Source: an uncultured Conexibacteraceae bacterium (GTDB taxonomy: Bacteria > Actinomycetota > Thermoleophilia > Solirubrobacterales > 70-9). From it: DNA of 40,948 bases. The notes below the pieces were generated by a model. The model saw nothing but the letters and a program-made list of their open reading frames with translations. It did not search any database and had not been told where the DNA came from. The stretch spans positions 1,295 through 42,242 of the forward strand of contig CAZARJ010000001.1 of assembly GCA_964487515.1 (NCBI GenBank), given 5' to 3'. This document shows, in pieces, positions 18,042 through 27,877 of the stretch (the stretch's first letter is position 1; every line of letters begins with the position of its first letter). A program made the position numbers and the translations under genes.

Positions 18042-19312
18042 TGGAGGTACCACGGATCGACCCCGAGGCCGTGCTTGCGGACTTGGGGGAGCTGGCGGAC
18101 CGGACCGGTGGGTCCGCCGGCGCGAGACGCCTCTGCTGGACAGAGACGTGGCGCGAGGCACGGACGCTGCTCGCCGAGCGGCTGGCGGAACTCGCGGCTC
18201 CGATTGACTCCGAGGAGGACGAGGCGGGCAACCTCTGGGCGCGTCTGAAGGGCGCGGATCGCTCAGCGCCGGCCCTCGCATTCGGCTCGCATCTCGACTC
18301 GGTTCCGGCCGGCGGTCCCCTGGACGGTGCGCTCGGGACGCTGGCGGCGCTCGGCGTCCTGCGTGCCTGGAGCGACGCCGGAGCCGTCCCGCCCCGGGAT
18401 CTCGTCCTGATTGACTTCGCCGATGAGGAGGGTGCGCGCTTCGGGCGCAGCCTCTTCGGCAGCTCGGCGCTGGCGGGGACGCTCGATCCCGCTGCGCTGA
18501 GCGGATTGCGTGATGCGGGGGACATCGCGATCGGCACCGCGCTCGCCGCCCAGGGCGTGCAGCTCGAGCGGGCGCCCGAGGCGCATCGCCGCCTCGACTC
18601 GATCGCAGCCTGGCTGGAGTTGCACATCGAGCAGGGGCCAGTGCTCGACAGCGAGAGCACGAGCTGCGCGCCCGTGTCCGGATGCGCGGGGGTCGAGCGC
18701 TTGCTGCTGCGCTTCAGCGGCCAGGCCTCGCACGCCGGGACTACGCCGATGGAGGTGCGCCGCGACGCGGGGCTCGCGGCCGCAGCCACCGCGCTCGCCG
18801 TCGAGCGGATCGCGACCCGCCAGGGCGGAGTCGGCACCAGCGGCTCGCTCGCGCTCCAGCCCGGCGTCGTGACCGCCGTCGCCGGCGGCGCAGAGCTCAC
18901 AGTCGACCTGCGCCACGCGGCGGCCGGGCCGCTCGAGGCGATGCGGGCGGAGGCGCTCGCGGCGGCCGAGCGAGCGGCGGGTCGGCGGGGCTGCGAGCTG
19001 GACGTGGAGCTGCTGCAGCAGATCGCGCCGAGCCCCTTCGATCCCGACCTGGTCGCCGCAGCCGGGCGGGCTTGTGCGGCCGTCGGCGGACGGTCTGAGC
19101 CGCTGCTCAGCGGCGCCCTCCACGACGCCGCTGAGATGGCTCATGTCGTACCCACAGCTATGGTCTTCTGCGCCTCGATTGACGGGATCAGCCACGCCAA
19201 GGAGGAGCGCAGCTCCGGCGACGACCTACGAGCGGCGATCGTCGCCTTCGGAGCTCTGACAGGCGACGTCCTCGCGCAGCTCGACCGCGGGTTTATCGCC
19301 GATAACCATTGA
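18041..19312 (+). CDS. M20-family Zn amidohydrolase (allantoate amidohydrolase / N-carbamoyl-amino-acid hydrolase type)
   Basis: Start at MEVPRID (ATG 18041). Family motifs: GNLWARLKG, FGSHLDSVPAGGPLDGALG, DFADEEGARFG, and HDAAEMA near the C-terminus. Confidence 0.85.
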   Translation: MEVPRIDPEAVLADLGELADRTGGSAGARRLCWTETWREARTLLAERLAELAAPIDSEEDEAGNLWARLKGADRSAPALAFGSHLDSVPAGGPLDGALGTLAALGVLRAWSDAGAVPPRDLVLIDFADEEGARFGRSLFGSSALAGTLDPAALSGLRDAGDIAIGTALAAQGVQLERAPEAHRRLDSIAAWLELHIEQGPVLDSESTSCAPVSGCAGVERLLLRFSGQASHAGTTPMEVRRDAGLAAAATALAVERIATRQGGVGTSGSLALQPGVVTAVAGGAELTVDLRHAAAGPLEAMRAEALAAAERAAGRRGCELDVELLQQIAPSPFDPDLVAAAGRACAAVGGRSEPLLSGALHDAAEMAHVVPTAMVFCASIDGISHAKEERSSGDDLRAAIVAFGALTGDVLAQLDRGFIADNH

Positions 19313-19346
19313 TCTGCGTCGCTCCCCGGAGGGTACGGTTGGGCGG

Positions 19347-19736
19347 ATGCTGCATCACGTCTCCTACGAGGTCCCGCCGGCGCTGGTCGGCCGGATGGGG
19401 GAGCTGCTCGGGTGCATCGGGTTCGAGCGGGTGCCGGCGCCGGAGGCGCTCGGGGACGGATACACGTGGTTCGAGCGCGGCGGCAGGCCCGGGCCGGGCG
19501 TCCCGGCCAGCCAGGTCCACCTGATCTCCACCGAGGAGGCGACCGCGCCGCCGGTCGGGCATGCCGCGTTCGTCGTCGACGACCTGGACGCGACTCTCGC
19601 GCGGCTCGAGGGGAGCGGCTTCGAGGTCCGGGAGGCGCGGCGCCTGTGGGGCGAGCGGCGCGTGTTCGTGTCCGCCCCGGGTGGGCACCGGATCGAGCTC
19701 TTCGCGGTCCCGCCGTCGCGCCGGTCGAGCCCCTAG
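19347..19736 (+). CDS. VOC (glyoxalase/bleomycin-resistance/dioxygenase) family protein
   Basis: 129 aa. MLHHVSYEV... and HAAFVVDDLDATLARLEGSGFEV are typical of the beta-alpha-beta-beta-beta VOC modules. Confidence 0.75.
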   Translation: MLHHVSYEVPPALVGRMGELLGCIGFERVPAPEALGDGYTWFERGGRPGPGVPASQVHLISTEEATAPPVGHAAFVVDDLDATLARLEGSGFEVREARRLWGERRVFVSAPGGHRIELFAVPPSRRSSP

Positions 19737-19748
19737 CATCGAGCGACC

Positions 19749-21350
19749 TTGCGGTATCCGGTCGAAAGCTTCACCGAGCAGGAGCGGCGTGCGCTCGAGC
19801 CGCACTTCAGCAACCTCGACCGGCCGGTGTTCGCGCTCCGCAACCTGCCCGAGACCGTCAAGGGAGCGCTGTTCGCCCGCTACTCCCGCTACGGGGGAAC
19901 GCTGCGCCGGCTCTACCTGGACGAGTTCGCGGACGACGTCCCGGAGGGCTCGCGGCCCTTCGACGGCCTCGAGGGGGAGCGGGCCGCGCGCCTCTACGAG
20001 CGCATCTTCATCGGCTACGGCGACGATTCGGTGGCCCAGCTCGGCGGCGCCCACCTGGCCTGCGAGTGGGTCAGCAACGTGCTCACCAAGGTGCTGCAGC
20101 GCGGCCGGCTCGCCGCCTACCTGGAGCAGTCGACGCGCTACATCCCCTACGACGCGCCGATCCCCGGCCGCGAACGCGGGGAGCCAGGGAGCTGGCGCTA
20201 CTGGCGGGACGGGGAGCTCGGCGACGCCTTCGCCGAGGCGATGGACGAGATCTTCTCGATCTACTCCCGCTCGCTGACCGAGGTCCGCGCCTGGGCGGAG
20301 GACCGCTGGCCGCGCGGCGAGGAGCCGCAGGCGGCCTGGGAGCGCTCGATCAAGGCCAAGGCGCTCGATCTGCTGCGCGGCCTGCTGCCCGCCTCGACCC
20401 TCTCCCACGTCGGCATCTACGCCTCCGGACAGGCCTACGAGCAGCTCCTGCTGCGCCTCGCCTCCTCGCCGCTGCCGGAGGCGCGCGAGGTCGGCGAGAT
20501 GGCGGAGCAGGAGCTGGCGAGCGTGATCCCGAGCTTCATCTCCCGCGTCGGCCGGCCCGATCGCGGCGGCGAGTGGATCGACTACCTGCGCGAGCGCCGC
20601 GAGACGACCGAGCGCTGGGTCGCGCGGCTCGGGCTCGACCGGCGCGCCGGCGCCGACGCGCCCTCGGTCGAGCTGCTCTCCGTGGAGGGCGACGAGGACG
20701 CGCTGCTGGCCGCCTCGCTGTACGAGTCGACCGGCCTGCCGGAGGCCGAGATCGCGACCCGGCTGAAGGCGCTGGACCCGATCGAGCGTGAGTCGCTGCT
20801 CGCGGAGCTGGTCGGCGAGCGCCGCAACCGCCGTCATCGCCCCGGCCGAGGCTGGGAGGCGGTCCGCTACCGGTTCGAGATCGTCTCCGACTACGGCGGC
20901 TTCCGCGACATGCAGAGGCACCGGATGCTGACCTGCCAGTGGCAGTCGCTCTCCCCCGACCTGGGGGCGGGCGTCCCCGAGGAGGTCGCGGAGGCCGGCG
21001 CCGGCGACGACTACGCCCGCGCGCTCGAGCTCTCCGCCCGCGAGTTCTCCCGCCTCGAGGAGGCCGGGCTGGCCGAGGCCGCCCCCTACGCGCTCTGCCT
21101 CGGCTACCGGATCCGCTACGTCCTCGATCTCAACGCCCGCGAGGCGATGCACGTCTGCGAGCTGCGCTCCGGGCGCGAGGGCCATCCCACCTACCGCGCC
21201 GTCGCCCAGGCCATGCACGAGCGGATCAGCGCCGTGCATCCCGCGATCGGCGCCGCGATGAGCCACGTCGACCCGACGTCGGAGCCGCGCCTGGAGCGGA
21301 TCATGAGCGAGATCCGCACCCACCGCAAGCGCGCCGCGCTGGCCGGCTGA
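19749..21350 (+). CDS. Large ThyX-like (Thy1 / FAD-dependent thymidylate synthase family) protein
   Basis: 533 aa. The C-terminal half has a ThyX-type RHR motif (DMQRHRMLTCQWQS) and ELRSGREGHPTYRAVAQAM. The N-terminal half (VKGALFARYSRY) looks like a degenerate second lobe. TTG start with no clear SD. Confidence 0.7.
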   Translation: MRYPVESFTEQERRALEPHFSNLDRPVFALRNLPETVKGALFARYSRYGGTLRRLYLDEFADDVPEGSRPFDGLEGERAARLYERIFIGYGDDSVAQLGGAHLACEWVSNVLTKVLQRGRLAAYLEQSTRYIPYDAPIPGRERGEPGSWRYWRDGELGDAFAEAMDEIFSIYSRSLTEVRAWAEDRWPRGEEPQAAWERSIKAKALDLLRGLLPASTLSHVGIYASGQAYEQLLLRLASSPLPEAREVGEMAEQELASVIPSFISRVGRPDRGGEWIDYLRERRETTERWVARLGLDRRAGADAPSVELLSVEGDEDALLAASLYESTGLPEAEIATRLKALDPIERESLLAELVGERRNRRHRPGRGWEAVRYRFEIVSDYGGFRDMQRHRMLTCQWQSLSPDLGAGVPEEVAEAGAGDDYARALELSAREFSRLEEAGLAEAAPYALCLGYRIRYVLDLNAREAMHVCELRSGREGHPTYRAVAQAMHERISAVHPAIGAAMSHVDPTSEPRLERIMSEIRTHRKRAALAG

Positions 21351-21428
21351 GCGGCGGCTCCGCGCGAGGGCACGGCCGGGGGATGCGGGAGATCGCCGCC
21401 GACCGCTCGCGGCGACCCGGGCCGGCGG

Positions 21429-22604
21429 TCAGCGTCGCGGGCGCGGCGGCAGGACGCCGCCCGAGATCCGCTTGCGATTGCCCTTCCCGCCGCGGTGCCG
21501 CTTCTTGCGCGGGTGGCGCTTGCCGCGCACGCTCTGGTAGAGGCGCTTGGCGGCGTTCGCCATGTATGGGCCGTAGAGGAAGCCGGGATCGTGGTTGCGC
21601 AGGTAGCTGGTCACCGAGAGCACCGTTCGCTTCGCGACCCAGCCGCCGCCGCTGGAGCCCGCGGTCATGTCGCAGCGCAGGCGCATCGCGGCCGGGGCGC
21701 GGCCGGGCGTGGCATCGCGGCCGCGCAGCTTGCTCGCGCAGCGGAACTCGCGCTCGCCGGTGAAGACCCCGGGCTCGGTGGGCAGCTCCACCTGCGGGTA
21801 GCCGAAGGCGGCGTACTGCTGCCTGGCGCGCTGGTTGAAGGCGATCCCGCGCGCGCCCACGACGCCCTGGAGGCGGCGCCGGTCCGCGTTGCGGCGCACG
21901 ACGGCGGCGCCGAGATCGAAGCCGAGGTTGGCCTTGCGGCGCCACTGCCGCGTCGTCGCCAGCCGGCGCGCGGGCCAGCGGCCGAACGGCGCCTCGCCCT
22001 CGTGGTAGCCGGGGACGAAGGTCCAGTTGGAGACGAACCCGGTCCCGGAGCGGCGATCGAACACGCAGTGCCCGGCGGTCCAGACGACGCTGCGGTTGCG
22101 GCTGTTGACGGCCGTCCCCGAGCAGACCCAGTCCCGGGCGGTGCCGCCGCGCCTGGTCGTGAAGAAAACCTTGCCGTGGGCGCGCACGTTCGGGGCGCTC
22201 GGATCAGCGACCTCGCGCCGCTTGAGCTTCGCCGCGGCCGGCTCGGCCCGGACCGGTTCGATGCCGGCGGTCGCGATCCCGCGCCGCAGCTCGGGGGCCC
22301 CCTCGCCGGCCGGCGGGACGAAGCTCGGCGGCTCGCCGTCATCCGGCGTGCCGTTGGCGTCGGCACCCGCCGGGGCCGGGGCCAGGGCCGGGAGCGCGGC
22401 CGCCATCCGCTCCGGGGTCCAGTAGGCGCGGATCGACGCGCCGCTGCGGTGCACCGCGCGCTCGTCCGGGCCGGCGGCGGCGGGTTGGGAGGCGCCGAGC
22501 GCGATCGCCGCGGTGAGCAGCAGCGCCACGGCCGTCCGGCGCAGCAGCGGCATCGGGCGCCGCGGTGGGCGCCGGTGACTGGTGGTCGTCAGCGGAGCGA
22601 TCAT
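21429..22604 (-). CDS. Secreted trypsin-like serine peptidase (S1 family)
   Basis: Signal peptide (LLRRTAVALLLTAAIALGASQPAAAG), catalytic His (WTAGHCV) and catalytic Ser (DMTAGSSGGGW). Alternative starts at 22670 and 22553. Confidence 0.8.
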   Translation of the reverse strand: MIAPLTTTSHRRPPRRPMPLLRRTAVALLLTAAIALGASQPAAAGPDERAVHRSGASIRAYWTPERMAAALPALAPAPAGADANGTPDDGEPPSFVPPAGEGAPELRRGIATAGIEPVRAEPAAAKLKRREVADPSAPNVRAHGKVFFTTRRGGTARDWVCSGTAVNSRNRSVVWTAGHCVFDRRSGTGFVSNWTFVPGYHEGEAPFGRWPARRLATTRQWRRKANLGFDLGAAVVRRNADRRRLQGVVGARGIAFNQRARQQYAAFGYPQVELPTEPGVFTGEREFRCASKLRGRDATPGRAPAAMRLRCDMTAGSSGGGWVAKRTVLSVTSYLRNHDPGFLYGPYMANAAKRLYQSVRGKRHPRKKRHRGGKGNRKRISGGVLPPRPRR

Positions 22605-22765
22605 CGGTCTTTCGTGTGGACGGGACGGCCCGGGGCCCTCCTCCCTGATCTGGAACACACCCGATCGCATTTAGCTGCGACCGCCGGGAGCGACGCGGGC
22701 CTCGCCCCGGCGCGGTGGGATAGCTTATGAGCCGGAGAGCAGCGCGAGCCGGGAGAGGAGCGGCG

Positions 22766-24733
<1,968 letters not shown>

Positions 24734-24789
24734 GTAGTCGATTCCTCGGATTCCAGTGCCGCGGCGGATGGCGCCGGGCGGGAGATGCT

Positions 24790-24980
24790 GCCACCGAGCC
24801 TGCAGAAAAACGCGTGCGATAGCCGGAGAAGCGCAAGGTCAGCTCGCAAGCTGCAGCGCTCGCCACTGACCTTGCAGCAACGCGTGCGATGGCCGGATAA
24901 GTGCAAGCTCGACATCTGGCCTCGGACCCCTGTCGCCGAATTTGCAGAAACGCGTGGGATAGCCGGAGAAGTGCAAGGTC
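24790..24980. repeat. Three diverged direct repeats (cores 24790-24840, 24862-24910, 24935-24980), period 70-72 bp
   Basis: Shared core is TGCAG(A/C)AA..CGCGTG(C/G)GAT(A/G)GCCGGA(G/T)AAG(C/T)GCAAG(G/C)TC. Copies 1 and 3 differ by 2 substitutions and a 2-nt indel. A 10-bp perfect inverted repeat, GCAAGGTCAG (24833-42) / CTGACCTTGC (24866-75), links copies 1 and 2. Confidence 0.7.
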
Positions 24981-25030
24981 ACGCCTCCGACCAGTCCCCA
25001 TCGATCACGACTCGCCGGGGGCGGTGCACA

Positions 25031-25062
25031 GGCCCGAGAGCGCTTACTCATGCGCTCGGGCC
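25031..25062 (-). terminator. GC-rich hairpin immediately downstream of the fic stop
   Basis: GGCCCGAgAGCGC-ttactcat-GCGCTCGGGCC forms 12 bp with one bulge. It ends 5 nt from the fic stop codon. No U-tract. Confidence 0.4.
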
Positions 25063-25066
25063 CCGA

Positions 25067-26143
25067 TCAAACGGTCGTGTCGTCGAGGAAGTCGGCCCTC
25101 AAGCGCCGCCACCGGGAACCGCGGCCGGCACCTATCCGCTCGATGATCCCTTGATGCTTCAGCTCGCTGAGCACCTTCTCGATCGTTGAGTCACTGACAC
25201 CGGGAGCAGCGCGGCGGACATCCGCAACCCTGAACTCGCTCGACAGCGAGGTGGCGACGAAACGCTTGACAAGCATCCGCTTGCTGCTCGATCCCTCGAT
25301 GACAGAGGTTCTTGACTCGAGCTCGGCGTATGCGGCATTGATGGTGCCCAGGAAGTACTCCGTCCACGGCCGAAGGTCGTGGGCGCCCCCGTGCCATCCG
25401 GCGGTCGACCGTTGAAGGGCGTCGTAGTACGTCTCCTTGCTCTCCTGAATCAGCCGCTCGAGGCTGATGTAGCGGCCGACCTCGTATCCGCCGCGATAGA
25501 GCAGCCAAAGCGAGATCAACCGGGACATGCGCCCGTTCCCATCTCGAAACGGGTGGATCACGAGGAAGTCGAGGACGTAGGCGGCGGTCAGCAACAAGTG
25601 GTGATATCTGCCCGCGTGCCAAGCCTCGTTGAACTCCCGATGCAGCTGCTCCATGGCGGCGGGAGTCTGGGCGGCCGACACCGGCACGAAGCGCACTCTC
25701 TTGGTGCCGTCCGGCGCCTGCTCCTCGACGGTGTTGTCGAGGCCCTTCCAGTAGCCGGCGCTGGAGTCGCCCGTGTACCGGGCCAAATATCCATGAAGCT
25801 GCTCGACGAATCGCGGCTCGAAATCGATGCGCTCCGCGTCCGCGTGAAGCAGATCGAGCACGTACCGATAACCGGCGATCTCCTGCTCTGAACGGTCTCG
25901 TGGCTCGGCTGTCCGGTCGATCAGCTTCTCGATCCGAGCGTGGGAAGCGTGAATGTTCTCGATCGCGTTCGAGGCTTCGGTACTTTCGACGATTGCAACC
26001 CGGCGCAAGGCTTCCAGCTGTTCTGGGCGCCGCTGCGCATAGGCCTGCTGCCGGCCGGCAGCCCGATCGGCCGCTGTCAGCATCCCGACGGTCGTAGCCG
26101 GAATCGATCCGAAGTGGTCTTCGAGGGAAACGAAGCTCGCCAT
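25067..26143 (-). CDS. fic: Fic family protein (class II, N-terminal inhibitory helix, C-terminal wHTH)
   Basis: 358 aa. Canonical Fic motif HPFRDGNGRMSRL. The N-terminal SNAIEN matches the inhibitory motif (S/T)xxxE(G/N). A winged-helix-like tail is present (VSDSTIEKVLSELKHQGIIERIGAGRGSRW). Confidence 0.9.
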   Translation of the reverse strand: MASFVSLEDHFGSIPATTVGMLTAADRAAGRQQAYAQRRPEQLEALRRVAIVESTEASNAIENIHASHARIEKLIDRTAEPRDRSEQEIAGYRYVLDLLHADAERIDFEPRFVEQLHGYLARYTGDSSAGYWKGLDNTVEEQAPDGTKRVRFVPVSAAQTPAAMEQLHREFNEAWHAGRYHHLLLTAAYVLDFLVIHPFRDGNGRMSRLISLWLLYRGGYEVGRYISLERLIQESKETYYDALQRSTAGWHGGAHDLRPWTEYFLGTINAAYAELESRTSVIEGSSSKRMLVKRFVATSLSSEFRVADVRRAAPGVSDSTIEKVLSELKHQGIIERIGAGRGSRWRRLRADFLDDTTV

Positions 26144-26176
26144 GGCTCATAGGAATACCACGTGGCGCGGAGCAAT

Positions 26177-26209
26177 CCCACATTTTCAATCTCAAAATGT
26201 GGGGTTTTT
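26177..26209 (+). terminator. AT-rich perfect hairpin plus T-run (intrinsic-terminator shape on the + strand) in the fic-vapC spacer
   Basis: CCCACATTTT (26177-86) pairs with AAAATGTGGG (26194-26203) around the loop caatctc, followed by GTTTTT (26204-09). No + strand gene is evident upstream, so the function is uncertain. Confidence 0.4.
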
Positions 26210-26254
26210 CTGGCCGATGAGGGATTCCTGCGAGGAGGATCGCCGCTTGCTCGC

Positions 26255-26662
26255 CTATGCCGCGTCGGCGGGGAGGCTCGCGAGGCTTTTGGAGACGAGG
26301 TCGGCGACGTCGCAGCTGACGAGCTCGATGTCGTCATGCTCGGCGGCGGCGACGTAAGCAGCGTCGTAGACGGAGATCCGGTGATGCTCGGCGATCGTGG
26401 CCGCCTCGCTCAGCAGGGCCGCTGAGCTGGGAAGCACACCGGCATCCGCGGCGATGCGATCGAGGACCGCCTGCAGCGGCGCAACGAGCCCTGGCTCACG
26501 CCAGCCGCGGATCGCGACGTTCGCCACCTCGTAGCGGGCGAGATCCAGCGAGGCGAGGGACAGATCCCGGCGCGTGAGCAGCTCACGTGCCGGCCCGTGC
26601 TGGGGATCCTCGGCGTCGAAGGCGGCGAGCACGACGCTCGCGTCGAGAAGCAGTGCGCTCAC
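26255..26662 (-). CDS. vapC: PIN-domain toxin (VapC)
   Basis: 135 aa. Has the N-terminal LLLDASVVL acidic motif and conserved D/E positions (YDAAYVAAAE, SCD). GTG start overlaps the vapB stop (GTGA). Confidence 0.85.
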   Translation of the reverse strand: MSALLLDASVVLAAFDAEDPQHGPARELLTRRDLSLASLDLARYEVANVAIRGWREPGLVAPLQAVLDRIAADAGVLPSSAALLSEAATIAEHHRISVYDAAYVAAAEHDDIELVSCDVADLVSKSLASLPADAA

Positions 26663-26889
26663 GGCCGCGGGCGCAGGGACTCGAGCAGCTCAGCCGAGCG
26701 GCCGCCGCGAGGTGCGACGTGCTCCTCGAGCAGTCCGCCTATCGCCACGGCGCGCTCGCCGCGGTGCCGCTGCAGCTCGGCCTCGGCAAACCCGCGAAGA
26801 ACCGCGCTGCGGCTGCTCCCGAGCCGCCGCGCCTCCGCGTCCACCCGCGCCAGCAGCTCATCCGGCATCGAGACCATCACCTTCGCCAA
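26659..26889 (-). CDS. vapB: Ribbon-helix-helix (CopG-type) antitoxin (VapB)
   Basis: 76 aa. VSMPDELLARVDAEARRLGSSRSAVLRGF is a typical RHH N-terminus. The listed start is a TTG; an alternative ATG lies at 26877. Confidence 0.75.
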   Translation of the reverse strand: MAKVMVSMPDELLARVDAEARRLGSSRSAVLRGFAEAELQRHRGERAVAIGGLLEEHVAPRGGRSAELLESLRPRP

Positions 26890-26912
26890 TCAAGTCACCT
26901 ACCTCCTCGTAG

Positions 26913-26927
26913 TATACCCCGGGTATA
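26913..26927. promoter_or_regulatory. 15-bp palindrome TATACCC-C-GGGTATA, candidate VapB operator
   Basis: Perfect 7+1+7 palindrome, 24-38 bp upstream of vapB. It overlaps a TATACT -10-like hexamer on the minus strand (26911-26916). Confidence 0.5.
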
Positions 26928-27019
26928 TCCTCGTCCGCCTTCTTCCACCCAAGAAGCCCTCTCACCGCTGCGCCGCCCCGGGGTGCGCATGAAATGGGGC
27001 GCGCCGGGGTACGCAGTCG

Positions 27020-27868
27020 GTGATGGACGTCAGCATCGGGCTGCCGAACGCCGTGCCGGGGACCACCGGCGGGCAGCTGACCGCGTTCGCGCGCCGCGCC
27101 GACGAGCGCGGCTTCAGGAGCCTCGGGACGATCGACCGCATCGTCTACCCGAACCTCGACCCGCTCACCGCGCTCGCGGCCGCCGCGGCGGTGACGGAGA
27201 GGATCGGCCTGATGACCTCGATCCTGATCGCGCCCCTGCACACCAACGCGACCCTGCTGGCCAAGCAGGCGCTGGCGCTGAACGCGATCTCCGGCGGCCG
27301 CCTCACGTTGGCGCTCGGGCTCGGCGGGCGCGAGGACGACTACGAGGCCTGCGGGCTGCCCACGGCGGGACGCGGCGAGCGTCTCGAGGAGATGCTCGAG
27401 CGGGTGCGCGAGGTCTGGGAGGGCGACGCGATCGGCCCGGGGCTCGCCGGGGCCCCGCGCGTGCTCCTCGGCGGTCACGCCGACGCCTCGTTCGAGCGCG
27501 CTGCGCGCTTCGGCGAGGGCTGGATCGCCGGCGGCTCGGCGCCCGATCAGTACGCCGGGATGGTCAAGCAGGCGCGCGCTGCCTGGGAGGCCGCGGGACG
27601 AGACGGAGCCCCACACACCGCGGCACTCGCCTACTTTGCCCTCGGCGAAGATGCTGAGGAGGACGCCCGCGCCTACCTCACCGACTACTACGGCTTCCTC
27701 GGCCCCGACGGCGCCGAGGCTGTCGCGGGCAGCGCCGCCAAGGATCCCGACACCGTGAGCGCCTACATCTCTGCCTTCGCCGACGCGGGCTGCGAGGAGC
27801 TGGTCTTCTTCCCCAGCTCCCCCGACCCCGTCCAGGCCGACCTCCTCGCCGACGCCGCTGGCCTGTAA
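27020..27868 (+). CDS. LLM-class (luciferase-like) F420-dependent oxidoreductase
   Basis: 282 aa. The pattern is typical of the LLM family: MDVSIGLP..., RGFRSLGTIDRIVYPN, and ISGGRLTLALGLGGREDDY. Start is GTG 27020 or ATG 27023. Confidence 0.85.
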   Translation: MMDVSIGLPNAVPGTTGGQLTAFARRADERGFRSLGTIDRIVYPNLDPLTALAAAAAVTERIGLMTSILIAPLHTNATLLAKQALALNAISGGRLTLALGLGGREDDYEACGLPTAGRGERLEEMLERVREVWEGDAIGPGLAGAPRVLLGGHADASFERAARFGEGWIAGGSAPDQYAGMVKQARAAWEAAGRDGAPHTAALAYFALGEDAEEDARAYLTDYYGFLGPDGAEAVAGSAAKDPDTVSAYISAFADAGCEELVFFPSSPDPVQADLLADAAGL

Positions 27869-27877
27869 GCGACCTTT

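Noticed and set aside
24790-24980. Mini CRISPR array (a ~38-nt repeat with ~32-nt spacers fits the periodicity)
   Set aside because: There are only three copies, and they differ by 2-5 substitutions plus indels. The similarity extends into the supposed spacers (GCCACCGAGCC vs GCCACTGACCT; CCTCGGACC vs CCTCCGACC). No cas genes or leader are present in the window. A diverged tandem repeat explains it better.
25940-26425. Small + strand ORFs (25940-26152, 26142-26357, 26162-26425) as the possible gene terminated by the 26177-26209 hairpin
   Set aside because: They lie antisense to fic and vapC, and have no SD sequence or recognisable fold. The hairpin lies inside two of them rather than after them. 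A non-coding transcript or an operator is more plausible.
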